A stretch of 64,000 bases of DNA, from the IMG/VR virus record IMGVR_UViG_3300021964_009390, positions 124,001 to 188,000 of that record. The stretch is one strand, 5' to 3'. Shown piece after piece: positions 10,395 through 21,049 of the stretch. The stretch's first letter is position 1. Every line of letters starts with the position of its first letter. The position numbers and the translations under genes were made by a program. The notes under the pieces are model-generated. The model did no database searches and was not told the DNA's origin. It was given only the letters and a program-made list of their open reading frames with translations.

Positions 10395-11305
10395 TTAACA
10401 ATTTTTTTTCCATAGTATCGAACTATGTCTCCACGTATATCTTTAGGTATCTTATATACACCTTCCGGAGGTGTTTGTGATTCGGGTGTGACATTAAATA
10501 TACTATATAAACCACTACCTATAGATATCTTATCAACATCTCCAACCACTCTATCGGCTAGTACTGGTGCATTACCACCACAAGCAAATATAACAACATC
10601 ATAATTTTTAACAACACTATTTATTTCCTCCGCTATACGAGATACAGTTTCCATGTGGTTTTTATCTGGTCCAGTGTTACCAAAACATGAGGGGTATTCT
10701 ATATACCCTAGATCCGATATATTATATAGGTTGTTATCTACATAGCTATCGTAACAGGCTTTACCCATGTTGCTTACAATTAATACTCGATTATTACTGA
10801 GAGCGCGTTTACATATTTTCTGTGATTCATCAAACCATGTGTTTATATCGTTTATTATAGGTTCAAAAATCTTAAAGTCTTGTTTTACCATTGGAATAAT
10901 ACCTTTTGACCAATTCCAATTACCTAGATGTGTTGATATATAGCATTTACTATATTCATCGCTGAATTTATCCATATGTTCCTGTAAACCTATACCTTGA
11001 TGTAGTAATAATAAAGAAAAGGTTGAGTTTGCTAGTGCAGTCTTGTAGCTATCCACCCATTGATCTAACACCGGTGAATCAATAATTTTTTCTAGACCAA
11101 TTTCACTCTCTCGGTGGATATCTATTGTACTGTCGTAGAGACCAGCAGTATTGTACAACCACCGGCAAGACCATTTCATATCCTTCCACGGTGAATACAT
11201 ATGCTTTATACTATCAATTTCACCTATAGTCTTTAAATGATGTACATACAATAAGCAGCCTTCGCTACACCCTGCTCTGTAATAACTGTAGTTACTATTG
11301 CGCAT
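10391..11305 (-). CDS. hypothetical glycan-related protein
   Basis: 304 aa; YDVVIFACGG.A..L...ISIGSGL resembles GT-associated domains; TAAATA 6 nt upstream. Confidence 0.5.
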   Translation of the reverse strand: MRNSNYSYYRAGCSEGCLLYVHHLKTIGEIDSIKHMYSPWKDMKWSCRWLYNTAGLYDSTIDIHRESEIGLEKIIDSPVLDQWVDSYKTALANSTFSLLLLHQGIGLQEHMDKFSDEYSKCYISTHLGNWNWSKGIIPMVKQDFKIFEPIINDINTWFDESQKICKRALSNNRVLIVSNMGKACYDSYVDNNLYNISDLGYIEYPSCFGNTGPDKNHMETVSRIAEEINSVVKNYDVVIFACGGNAPVLADRVVGDVDKISIGSGLYSIFNVTPESQTPPEGVYKIPKDIRGDIVRYYGKKIVK

Positions 11306-11335
11306 TATTTCTATTTACTCTAATAGTTAATTTAA

Positions 11336-12256
11336 TCAATCATAACCGATATTATTTCTATATGTAAACTTATCTAGGCTATATTTTAGCGGTTCGAACT
11401 CTGTACCGTGTTCATTATAACTAGTATAATACTCATTAATGATTTTATAGTTATCGGTTATACCGTTCATACATGGTTTGTAACAATTAATGTCAAATTT
11501 AAGTTGATCACGTACTGACTTATACATTATACCTCTCTGTTCTCCGGGGATGTGAGTGTATATATTTTCCGGATAAGAAGTTTTTTCCATACCACAATTA
11601 GATATTTTTACCAATTCACGGTCAACAATATTATTCAATATATAATTGTATATATAATTTGTAGGGTGGTTCACCGAGTAAAATAGTAGCTTATCCACCC
11701 AGTTGTCCCGGATATAATTTGATACATCAATAAAATTTGCATCCGGGTATGTTTCTTTTGCAACCTGTTCTTTATTACTAATTAACTGTATTGTAGTGCT
11801 GATATGGTTTGATAATTCAGCGTTGTCTATATAATCACTATTATCAAACACTTCGTCATAAAACATGTTTACCGGTTTTTTGGACAGATAATATTTTATT
11901 AAATTTAAGTAATGGTAATCGCATGGATTCGTCACTAGGCCACCTAGGTTATTTTTTACATACACTAAATCCGGGAAATATACACCACCAAAAATAGATG
12001 GTATCATTAGTAAAACTGAATCTTTTTTCCGATGTTTACATATATAATCTGTACCTAAATAATTTTTACCTCTGTAATCACTTTTTATTGGTTGAGTTAT
12101 TATTATGTCTGCATCTTTAATAGTGTTCAAAAAGCTTTTTTGAGATATATTAGTTGCATAACATAAAATATTTTCAACTTTGCATTGTGTAAACAACCCG
12201 GAGTGTATTAATTTACTAACTTGGCAATTACCGTATAATAAAACTTTCATGCTCAT
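11336..12256 (-). CDS. WcbI-family polysaccharide biosynthesis protein (putative acetyltransferase)
   Basis: YGNCQ, ADIIITQP, YFPD, LFYSVNHPTN motifs. Confidence 0.75.
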   Translation of the reverse strand: MSMKVLLYGNCQVSKLIHSGLFTQCKVENILCYATNISQKSFLNTIKDADIIITQPIKSDYRGKNYLGTDYICKHRKKDSVLLMIPSIFGGVYFPDLVYVKNNLGGLVTNPCDYHYLNLIKYYLSKKPVNMFYDEVFDNSDYIDNAELSNHISTTIQLISNKEQVAKETYPDANFIDVSNYIRDNWVDKLLFYSVNHPTNYIYNYILNNIVDRELVKISNCGMEKTSYPENIYTHIPGEQRGIMYKSVRDQLKFDINCYKPCMNGITDNYKIINEYYTSYNEHGTEFEPLKYSLDKFTYRNNIGYD

Positions 12257-14868
12257 CTGTTAAATTTATATTGCTTTATTAGAGCTTGTTTCTTACCATT
12301 GTCTGTTTTAGTTCTACCATACGAGTTATCAACTATTCTATAGTATGATAACGGACCTTCCCAAGACTTCGCGATGTTTAAATTTGAATCTATACATCTT
12401 AACCACAAAGCCCAGTCTGCAATACTACCATATTTTTTCTCATCGAAGTAACCGACAATTTCATGTATCTCTCGGCGCCACACCGGGGCAGAGTGGCATG
12501 GGTTACACGTATTATTACTATTGCAGTTCCAGAAGTTTTCAATATGCAAAGGTTGACCTACACTATACTCATTAAACCACATATCGTTGTGTTTTTTCAC
12601 GTGTTCATTATATTTTTTTACGTAACTTTTACCAGCTACAACTGGAGCAAAAGCTATATCTGTTGCCGGTGAATTGGACAGGAAATCTATCATATACCGG
12701 GAAAAATCCGGGTCATGACGATCATCTAGATTGGCATTTGTTATATATAATCCGGTAGATTTTTTAATTCCTAATTCCCAACACTTATAAATACCTGGGT
12801 CTTCCTTTTTAGTGATGTTTATTATCCTTATATTATGGTGATTTTTTTCCAGGTCTGCGATCTTTTTTTGTGTTTTTTTACTATGTGAATCTTTTACACT
12901 CACAATTACCCATTCTAGCTCATCTGGATATTTTGAATTTTGGTTTTTAAAATCCTCACACAGATCATCAAAGTATTCATCTGCTTTATACAACGATGTC
13001 ACCCATGACAACATCACTGATTCAGATTTTTTTTCTAGTTTTTTTAAATCATATAATATTTTCTGGTTGAATGTCTGTTGAGATACGTGGGACTTATCTA
13101 AATTATGTAAATATTTATTAGTCCTTTCAACAAGACTAGTGAACTGATCGCTAGTCAGACTTTCAATATCTTTTACATTATCATAAAACATAGGGTAATC
13201 AATACCTATATACTGTTCGAAGCTCGGATGTCTATTCAACAGTACAGGTGTCTCGCATCTAATGCACTCTAACAACAGATTGCTAGCCGTAACATCGAAT
13301 GCATCCATATACAATATATTCTTTTCAAAAATTTTTATATACTCATCATTTGCTAGGTGTTTGATAAGCTCAACATTATACATGGATGATTTGATGATAT
13401 CTGTAAGGTTGCTGAAGTCTTTTTTGACTAGTAATCGTTTATGTATATTACCCGGTATTTTAATATCGTTAAAAGATTTTAAATTTCGCATCCACCAACC
13501 TATATGATATATTTGTTTATTTTTAGACTGTTTATACTGCTTGATGTCGAATCTAGTTTTTATGTCATCAGTTATAGGGTGATTAACTGAGACGATTTTA
13601 TTTTTAAGGAAAGGAAATTTTTTCAATATATCCGGTCGTGTCAAGTACTTTTTATGATTTCTAGAGACAGTATATATGTACTCAGCTTTTTGCATAAGCC
13701 GGAAATCACAATTTTTATAATATGTATCGTTACTGATTAACTCTGGTAGTGCATGCTGGACTAACAAACCATTAAAATTCCCCGGGGTTGTTTTAACCTG
13801 GTTGCTTAGTTCATCTATACTTTTGGGGGTTGAGCGCTTATATATAGTTTCCCATTGCTCGAAAGGTGGGTTGTGTACAAATGTTATTAATTTTATATCA
13901 TTATCTATAATAGAGTCCATCACCCATCTATTAGTTACCATGTCTCTACCCCATGTAGTAAGTTCTTCTAACCAAGGGTTAAAATATAGTGTATTTTTGT
14001 ACGTAAGTTTATCATATCCTCGATCGATTAACTCCTCATGCAAATGATGCATAGTTCCTTTCCAGCCAAAATAATGGGTACCATACCAAGAGCCTCCATG
14101 TGGTGATAGAATGATATTTTCACCAGTTATTTCCCAATTTTTTTGTATACTTTTTCCTGTATTTATACACACTCTACCCTCATGACGACCATATTTTATA
14201 TAATGTGCATACGCTAGCTGTGGTGTATCAAACCCAGCTGCTGTTACATCTGGATTGTTATACATGTAATATTCTGCATCAAAGCTATTTTTTAGTGTAT
14301 ATTTAATTAAATTCTCACCGGATTCATGTGCATGTACAAGTAGTCGATCATCCGATATATGATGAGATATACCGTTTAATAACCGATATGTTTTACTATC
14401 AAACTCCGGGTTAAGGTTGTAAAAATGCTCTCTAGACATTAATCGGTTTTCCTTCTCACCATACTTATAGTAATGTTGTGCAGCTTTACTAGGTGTATTG
14501 AAACCACCAGATACTATGTCTGGATAAGCGCGTATATAAAAATCTCGATCCAAATTGCCACCCACTAAATCTAAAGCGGATTTTTCTTCATGTGATTTAA
14601 TTAGAAATTGGTCACAAATGATACATTTTTTATACTCACAGTTCAGTAGTGTGTTGATTTGTTGTATTATCGTGTCGTCAATATTACCTGTAACTAGATT
14701 GGTACTATTGTATATTTTATAACTCGGAACTCCGGTAGATGATCTATCGTCATCGCTTGTAAATATTATACAGTCATTGTTGTTCTTTACATACTCAGTA
14801 ACATTAGTTGGAAGATTCTCTATAGAACTGACTCTAAATATTGTTACACCGTTACCATTCTTGGACAT
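12253..14868 (-). CDS. multidomain glycosyltransferase (repeats + GT-B-like + GT2)
   Basis: Two YPD/HY..YG..E.R repeats, middle HNPP..GWWMRN..LECI...P domain, C-terminal ANLDDR/PVWR/ADWALW GT2. Confidence 0.75.
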   Translation of the reverse strand: MSKNGNGVTIFRVSSIENLPTNVTEYVKNNNDCIIFTSDDDRSSTGVPSYKIYNSTNLVTGNIDDTIIQQINTLLNCEYKKCIICDQFLIKSHEEKSALDLVGGNLDRDFYIRAYPDIVSGGFNTPSKAAQHYYKYGEKENRLMSREHFYNLNPEFDSKTYRLLNGISHHISDDRLLVHAHESGENLIKYTLKNSFDAEYYMYNNPDVTAAGFDTPQLAYAHYIKYGRHEGRVCINTGKSIQKNWEITGENIILSPHGGSWYGTHYFGWKGTMHHLHEELIDRGYDKLTYKNTLYFNPWLEELTTWGRDMVTNRWVMDSIIDNDIKLITFVHNPPFEQWETIYKRSTPKSIDELSNQVKTTPGNFNGLLVQHALPELISNDTYYKNCDFRLMQKAEYIYTVSRNHKKYLTRPDILKKFPFLKNKIVSVNHPITDDIKTRFDIKQYKQSKNKQIYHIGWWMRNLKSFNDIKIPGNIHKRLLVKKDFSNLTDIIKSSMYNVELIKHLANDEYIKIFEKNILYMDAFDVTASNLLLECIRCETPVLLNRHPSFEQYIGIDYPMFYDNVKDIESLTSDQFTSLVERTNKYLHNLDKSHVSQQTFNQKILYDLKKLEKKSESVMLSWVTSLYKADEYFDDLCEDFKNQNSKYPDELEWVIVSVKDSHSKKTQKKIADLEKNHHNIRIINITKKEDPGIYKCWELGIKKSTGLYITNANLDDRHDPDFSRYMIDFLSNSPATDIAFAPVVAGKSYVKKYNEHVKKHNDMWFNEYSVGQPLHIENFWNCNSNNTCNPCHSAPVWRREIHEIVGYFDEKKYGSIADWALWLRCIDSNLNIAKSWEGPLSYYRIVDNSYGRTKTDNGKKQALIKQYKFNR

Positions 14869-14896
14869 CTGAATTATTTATTTATGTAGTTGAATA

Positions 14897-15832
14897 TTAC
14901 AACACCCAAAACACACGTTCCCAAGCATGAGACATAGTACCATCAAGCGCAATAGGTTCTGGTTCAAACAATGTTTCAATATCTATATTTTTTAGAAAAT
15001 TAAACAGTCTGTCGCAATACCTATTTGTACACCAGAACATAGTACCGGCATTATACTTAATTCTCATGTTACTAGGTATAGTTAAACCCATCATTTTTGA
15101 TAAATTGTTCATTGAGATATAATTGACACTCCGAGGATTATATTTCTCTATGATACTAAATTTATCTACGGGAAATATGTCATTTTTAGTGTTATTCAGT
15201 ATGTTAGCGTTAAAGCTGTAACTATCTAACAAACTTTTACAGTATTCCTCACGCCACTTTTCATGTAGATATGTTGTTTTTTTACCATGTATCTTACATA
15301 CATGTTTATATTTTATAAATTTTTTGTCTTTCACAAATTGCAAAAAGCTTCTGATATCACGACCATTATTCGGTACAAATTCATGATGCACACCTGTAGA
15401 TGATTCCATATGTTCTTGAATCTGACTCTCGATATCATCACTAGCGGATTTGTCACAAATGTAAAAATATACATCCGCATTCACTTGTTGTCGGTATCGA
15501 TTGATATACGAGCAAATTTCTCTGAGGTACATTGTGTAGTATATATATACAACAATCGCGACATCTGCCTGCACTACAGGAGCATCGCTACGGATTTCAT
15601 CTGTTTTGATATTGATAGGGTATGCACATTGTTGATGCAACGCCAAGAATCTATCTGGTGTTATAAACTCTGGATTACAAAATTGTGATATAAATTTCTT
15701 TTGTGACGTGGTAAGTTTATTATGTTCGACAATATGTACATTTTGTATATTGTGTTTAGATAAACTGTTATATAAATCTACGCAAAATTGTTCATAACTA
15801 TCAACGTAACGTATATAGTTTAACTGTATCAT
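14897..15832 (-). CDS. rhamnan synthesis protein F (RgpF)-like
   Basis: YIYY, NNGRDI, KIHGKK, AGTMFW, DGTMSHAWER. Confidence 0.8.
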   Translation of the reverse strand: MIQLNYIRYVDSYEQFCVDLYNSLSKHNIQNVHIVEHNKLTTSQKKFISQFCNPEFITPDRFLALHQQCAYPINIKTDEIRSDAPVVQADVAIVVYIYYTMYLREICSYINRYRQQVNADVYFYICDKSASDDIESQIQEHMESSTGVHHEFVPNNGRDIRSFLQFVKDKKFIKYKHVCKIHGKKTTYLHEKWREEYCKSLLDSYSFNANILNNTKNDIFPVDKFSIIEKYNPRSVNYISMNNLSKMMGLTIPSNMRIKYNAGTMFWCTNRYCDRLFNFLKNIDIETLFEPEPIALDGTMSHAWERVFWVL

Positions 15833-16617
15833 GCGTTGAGTATGAGTTGTTGTGTGATCCCGGGTAGTGAATCAAACCATGGTTTAAGTTTATAGGTATA
15901 ATCGTATCTCAGGCGGTATTTGGCTTGCTTTGTTTTGGTACGTGTTTGACTTTCCAGATGTATGGCAACTGCCGTATCTAGATACCAATTTTTATACCCG
16001 GTGATAACATATCGCATGTTTAATTGAATATCTTCCCAGCATTCAGTATATGATTCATCAAAACCACCACATTTTGTAAATTTATCACGATCTATCAACA
16101 AACATGCAGCGGTACAACCTACCACGATATCGTTAGAGAGTTGGTTTGTGTTCCCATAACCACGGTGTGTGCATTGTAGCAACCCGGTGGTGTCCACATA
16201 CACATGCTGCCCACCATGCTGTATTTTACCGTCCGGGAAAATTAGTCTACAACCAACAGTAGATATATTGTTGTCTGACACAATTTTTTTGTACATTTGA
16301 TCTACACAATTATTCTGTAAAATTATATCATCGTTACACAACAACACATACGGTTCGTCAATACAGTTGTTGATAACGTAGTTGTTATTACCAGCGAAGT
16401 GGTATTGTTCGAATTCTAAAAATTTGCAGTTTTTAGGTGTTAGCATGTGCTTTAGTGTAGCAATTAGTTGCAGTTTGTGGTCTTGATCGCTTCCGGTGTC
16501 ACATATATAAAATTTAATCTGTACGTCATGAGTGTGTTCCAATACACTAGACACACACTGAGAGACCAGGTCAGGATTGTTCTTGGTTAGAATAACTATT
16601 GCAACTTCTGCTGTCAT
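15829..16617 (-). CDS. GT2 family glycosyltransferase
   Basis: DTGS, FAGNNN, LCNDD, IQHGG, TAACLLI, GGFDE...EDI. Confidence 0.88.
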   Translation of the reverse strand: MTAEVAIVILTKNNPDLVSQCVSSVLEHTHDVQIKFYICDTGSDQDHKLQLIATLKHMLTPKNCKFLEFEQYHFAGNNNYVINNCIDEPYVLLCNDDIILQNNCVDQMYKKIVSDNNISTVGCRLIFPDGKIQHGGQHVYVDTTGLLQCTHRGYGNTNQLSNDIVVGCTAACLLIDRDKFTKCGGFDESYTECWEDIQLNMRYVITGYKNWYLDTAVAIHLESQTRTKTKQAKYRLRYDYTYKLKPWFDSLPGITQQLILNA

Positions 16618-16634
16618 ACATAATTACTTATGTA
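16617..16634. promoter_or_regulatory. near-palindromic bidirectional late-type promoter between divergent GT2 and phoH
   Basis: TACATAA-TTAC-TTATGTA; gives TAATTA (+) 8 nt before ATG 16635 and TAAGTA (-) 7 nt before ATG 16617. Confidence 0.55.
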
Positions 16635-17354
16635 ATGGCAAATAGAAAATCACGACCTCGACCTAACGATATTGGTTCGCTCACATGGGACCTAGATTTT
16701 AAAATTAATTATAATTTCACACCCAACGTTACACACAAAAGTTTTGTGGGTATGATGTTGAAGTCTGATACAAAAATGCTGCTAGTAGACGGACCAGCGG
16801 GTACAGCCAAAACATATCTGGCTACATATGGTGCGTTGTGTTTGTTAAAAAAACATGCGATTGACGAGATCGTGTATATACGCAGCGTGGTAGAAAGTGC
16901 CAGTCAAAAAATGGGTAGCCTTCCAGGAGAAGTCGATGACAAGTTTTTACCATACAGTATGCCTTTGGTAGAAAAATTAGATGAACTGGCCGGGGTCACG
17001 GTACGTAAAGAGTTGATAGGTAGAAATTTTGCACATTGTGTTCCTGTCAACTACGTTCGAGGTCTCACGTTCAACAACAGCTTTGTGATTGTTGACGAGG
17101 CACAAAATCTGACAACCGGGGAACTCACCACCATCTTGACTAGATTTGGTGAAGGTAGTAGATTTGTGATTGTAGGAGATACTAAACAGAGTGACATCAA
17201 CTCCCGGTCTGGTTTTGCTCCTGTCAAAAATTGTTTCGATAATCAAGAGAGTGAGGACCGAGGTATATACACATTCAATTTCAGTGAAGAGGATATCGTG
17301 CGAAGCGACATTTTGAAATTTATAGTCAAACAATTGGACAACATACAAAAATGA
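16635..17354 (+). CDS. phoH: PhoH-like ATPase
   Basis: GPAGTAKT, GSLPG, RGLTF, DEAQN, TRFGE, GD..QSD, DIVRS. Confidence 0.93.
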   Translation: MANRKSRPRPNDIGSLTWDLDFKINYNFTPNVTHKSFVGMMLKSDTKMLLVDGPAGTAKTYLATYGALCLLKKHAIDEIVYIRSVVESASQKMGSLPGEVDDKFLPYSMPLVEKLDELAGVTVRKELIGRNFAHCVPVNYVRGLTFNNSFVIVDEAQNLTTGELTTILTRFGEGSRFVIVGDTKQSDINSRSGFAPVKNCFDNQESEDRGIYTFNFSEEDIVRSDILKFIVKQLDNIQK

Positions 17355-18265
17355 AAATTGTACATATACTAGCCACTCCGTGCGCCGGAGCTCCTAGTAC
17401 ATTGTCAAAATATTTAAACAAACTTCCTGGAGTGACTAGTGAGGTACTCACAACCGAGACGACTGATTTGAATGAATGTCGGAGAAAATTACATACAGAT
17501 CAGAATATACAATACAGATTGAATCGAGCGGATGTGTTACATTGGCATAACATGTATATTGAAAACGATTTACATGCCAAGCAATTGGTCACATTCCACA
17601 GTCCACCAGAAAACAGGATGGTACATGACAGTATCAACATGTTAACTAACAACAACAAAGTCAAGAAAACTGTAGTCAGTCACTACCATACATTGTTAGA
17701 TGCGTATTCTGGTTACACTGGTGTGAGAAACATTGTTGATGTTGATGATAGTTATGTTACACCATGCAATCCCAAGCAGCATGTCTTGTTCGGTATGACA
17801 CCCACACCTGAACAGCCTGGTACAATATGGCAAACAAAAGGTTTCGATAAAACTTTGCTCATGATGAAGCGATTGAAAATGAGAAACAGTCGAGTACACT
17901 TTCGTACATTGACCGATGCAACACGTAGTGATTGTTTAGAGTTCAAATCTAATTGTGATTTGGTGATAGATGAATGCGTCACACCAGGGTTTCATTTGTC
18001 CGGACTAGAGGGATTGGCATTAGGTAAACCTACTGTGTGCTGGATTGACGATCGAGTTTGTGACATGTTAAAACGTTTGACTGGTGCTGAGGATGTACCC
18101 TTTATCAGTGACAGCGTATATTGGTTAGAAGACACGCTATACAGGTTACTGGAGCGTGGAGATGATCATTTGCGTGAGGTAGGGTCAAAGAGCCGGGAAT
18201 GGTTTTGCAAATACTGGAAGACATCAGACATATTGAATCAATATGTGCAGTTATATAATGAATGA
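17351..18265 (+). CDS. GT-B/GT4-like glycosyltransferase
   Basis: DVLHWH, TKG, CDLVIDEC..GFHLSGLEGLALGKP. Confidence 0.7.
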   Translation: MKIVHILATPCAGAPSTLSKYLNKLPGVTSEVLTTETTDLNECRRKLHTDQNIQYRLNRADVLHWHNMYIENDLHAKQLVTFHSPPENRMVHDSINMLTNNNKVKKTVVSHYHTLLDAYSGYTGVRNIVDVDDSYVTPCNPKQHVLFGMTPTPEQPGTIWQTKGFDKTLLMMKRLKMRNSRVHFRTLTDATRSDCLEFKSNCDLVIDECVTPGFHLSGLEGLALGKPTVCWIDDRVCDMLKRLTGAEDVPFISDSVYWLEDTLYRLLERGDDHLREVGSKSREWFCKYWKTSDILNQYVQLYNE

Positions 18266-19982
18266 TACATACAAAATAGCTTGGTTATGTCCGACGCGAT
18301 GTCGAGTACATAGTGTGAAAAAACTTATAAAGTCATTAGAAAGTACATGCTCTGCGACGGAAAATTTTGTTTTATATCTAGGTGTAGATCATGATGATCA
18401 TGAAACATTAGAATATTACAAGCAGTACCATCTGTTGAAAAGTTATGTTCAGCTGATCATCATACCTGATCAAAAATGCTTTCCCGGGCTCCCATGGATA
18501 TGGAATTATATGGTATCCCAAACAACAGAATCGCTCATAGGCATGTGCGGTGATGATTTTGTGTTTGAAACAAACAGATGGGACGAGATGATTGTGAATT
18601 ATTGGAGAACTAATTACGTTGATAATGTAGAATTGGTGCACTTCGATGACTGCCTGCAGCTACGTCATTTATCAGACGAAGATAAAACAAAAAAAGAGAA
18701 TCTTCGGTATGTAGTTGCAACTAATTCAATAGTTCATAGAGACACAGTCAATTTGTTAGATGGTTATTTACCACGATATTTCAAACATCTGTTTTGTGAC
18801 ACATGGTTGACAGATGTGTATAATCTTGCCCAGCGATGCACTTTCATGCACAACTTGAAAATTAAACATGAGCATCATAGTATCACCGGAGATGTGGATG
18901 ACACCACACGGAAATTGAAGCAGCATTGCGAGTGGGGCTCCGCATACTCATTGTTCAATTACAAGCAATCAGAAAGAAATGCGCAGGCTAATATACTAAA
19001 AAAACATATCAAATCGTCTGGTCCTGATATTGTAGATAGTAACAGACATGTGTCTACATCTAAAACTAAAGTGTTTGCTAATGTTATGATACGTGATGAA
19101 GAGGTACTCCTGTCGCATGTAGGTAAGGTATGGAAACATTACCCGATTGACAAGTGGGTATTTTATGATGATCAAAGTAGTGATGATACAGTGAATACAA
19201 TTCATCAAATATTCGGTGATCGGGCCGTGGTGTTGCATGACAAGGACCGGAAGACAGAAGCACATATACGTTACGAGATGATACAGTATAGTCATGACAA
19301 TGGATGCTCTGACGGTGTGGTCGTGTCTATAGATACAGATGAGCTGTTGAGTAAATCCATATTGGATGATTTTGACAATATTATTGACTTATCAACAAAA
19401 TATAATTTACAATTATACCAATACAATTGCGCGGGTGATTTATACTATCAGAGAACAGATACAAACTACAAAACGAATCGGCGAGGTTTCCTGGTGTCAT
19501 TGAAACATGCAAATGTTTATGAGATGTGTAAAAATGCACAGTCAAAAGAGGGTTATCATCTGGCAAGAGTACCTAGCGTGAACTTGAAAAGGTTGCAAGA
19601 TGATAGATACGGTTTCATACATTTACAGTCACTCAACACGACATTTTATTACATCAAGCAGATGTGGTACAAACATTATGATTATGTTGAATCTGAAATG
19701 TCCATTGACCAGGTGAATGAGCGTTATGATCCGGTTGTGAACTGGGGAGAGTTTCTCCCGGAACCAATGCCGGAGAACATAATAGATGAGCATATGATGA
19801 AACATATAACACCAGGTATTTTTGATGATGTGTTGAAGAACAAACCACATTACTTGAAATATATATTATACCACCTAGACTCTCGATTGGTTACATTTGG
19901 TCATGACTTGTTTTTGTCAGATGTGTTGAACCCATCTAATGTAAAACAACTAAAGAGTTCAAAATTACAACACTCTGTATAA
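18258..19982 (+). CDS. two-domain GT2-like glycosyltransferase
   Basis: PTR.R..GDD..WD..FCDTW domain followed by RDEE..YDDQSSDDT..IDTDE domain. Confidence 0.75.
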   Translation: MNDTYKIAWLCPTRCRVHSVKKLIKSLESTCSATENFVLYLGVDHDDHETLEYYKQYHLLKSYVQLIIIPDQKCFPGLPWIWNYMVSQTTESLIGMCGDDFVFETNRWDEMIVNYWRTNYVDNVELVHFDDCLQLRHLSDEDKTKKENLRYVVATNSIVHRDTVNLLDGYLPRYFKHLFCDTWLTDVYNLAQRCTFMHNLKIKHEHHSITGDVDDTTRKLKQHCEWGSAYSLFNYKQSERNAQANILKKHIKSSGPDIVDSNRHVSTSKTKVFANVMIRDEEVLLSHVGKVWKHYPIDKWVFYDDQSSDDTVNTIHQIFGDRAVVLHDKDRKTEAHIRYEMIQYSHDNGCSDGVVVSIDTDELLSKSILDDFDNIIDLSTKYNLQLYQYNCAGDLYYQRTDTNYKTNRRGFLVSLKHANVYEMCKNAQSKEGYHLARVPSVNLKRLQDDRYGFIHLQSLNTTFYYIKQMWYKHYDYVESEMSIDQVNERYDPVVNWGEFLPEPMPENIIDEHMMKHITPGIFDDVLKNKPHYLKYILYHLDSRLVTFGHDLFLSDVLNPSNVKQLKSSKLQHSV

Positions 19983-19990
19983 ATAATAAC

Positions 19991-21049
19991 ATGGCCGAAT
20001 CACGTAACATTAAAGATTTACCACAGAGCGATTCCATCGCCGGTGGAGATTATTTTCTAATTGAGACTACTGGTGGAACACAATTGTTAGATTTTGACAA
20101 TTTTGTTATTGATCAGGACAACACCACATTCGCGGTTGATCTACAAACTAATGTCACGTCTCTATCCACACAAGTGGAAACTTTAACAGCAGCAGTCGAC
20201 TTGACCAACCCGGACAGTCCGATATATCTCGTGAACACATCTTTGAATGACTCGTTGAACTTGTTACAATCAAACTTGTATGGTGCCACGTTTGAAGCCA
20301 CACTGCAAGAGACACGCGCAAATTTAGTCAACGACCCGGTTTCAGACGAGAGTCGAGTACTAGACAACAATATGGAGACGTTGAGTGCCATGATTTTCGA
20401 CAGTGTGTATAGTCAGATAACCGCGGCGATCATACCTTTACGTGGTACTGCAGACATTACCAACCGCGCCAATCTCGTGTACAATGGTGGTACAACTTCC
20501 GCTCCGGAAGCGAATGATGGGGGTTTGTTAGGCGCGGTGCTGGACACTGCTTTGGCTAGTGTGGATGTATTCACGAGACAGCCTCAAGGCACCATAACTG
20601 TAGGTTCACCTAGCGTCACGTTCGCGCTAGAAATCCCGGCTAAATACACGGTGAATGCTGGTAGTTTACAGTTTGCAGTACAGTACAGTGGTGGTACAGA
20701 TGCCAAGACCAGGACTGACAATACACCTTACACAAACCCAGGCTTTTTTGCGGTTACAGATTTTGCCAAAGGGGAATTGAAAGATAATGGAGTCGAGTAC
20801 ACATGGACGATCGCTAGATTTGGTGGTAAGAGCTTTGATGATATGGTGGAATACACGTTAATAACTGACGCATCCGGTAATGCACCAACAATACCTATCG
20901 ATACAAACGGTGATGGTATAGATGATTCCACCGGACCGAATCCGGCGCATGATCCAAACAATGGTGGCCGGCAAATCTCTGTTGACGATAGAGAGTCCTT
21001 CCCATTCACTATAAATGCGCGAGTGGTCGCCGGGATTAGTTCAACTTAG
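19991..21049 (+). CDS. putative virion structural (fibre/baseplate) protein
   Basis: N-terminal IKDLP..SI.GGD.FLIET motif common in fibres; acidic and Thr-rich; DTNGDGIDD Ca-binding-like motif; TATAAATA 5 nt upstream. Confidence 0.55.
   Translation: MAESRNIKDLPQSDSIAGGDYFLIETTGGTQLLDFDNFVIDQDNTTFAVDLQTNVTSLSTQVETLTAAVDLTNPDSPIYLVNTSLNDSLNLLQSNLYGATFEATLQETRANLVNDPVSDESRVLDNNMETLSAMIFDSVYSQITAAIIPLRGTADITNRANLVYNGGTTSAPEANDGGLLGAVLDTALASVDVFTRQPQGTITVGSPSVTFALEIPAKYTVNAGSLQFAVQYSGGTDAKTRTDNTPYTNPGFFAVTDFAKGELKDNGVEYTWTIARFGGKSFDDMVEYTLITDASGNAPTIPIDTNGDGIDDSTGPNPAHDPNNGGRQISVDDRESFPFTINARVVAGISST

Noticed and set aside
16635-17354. phoH as a novelty
   Set aside because: Common in large marine and freshwater phages
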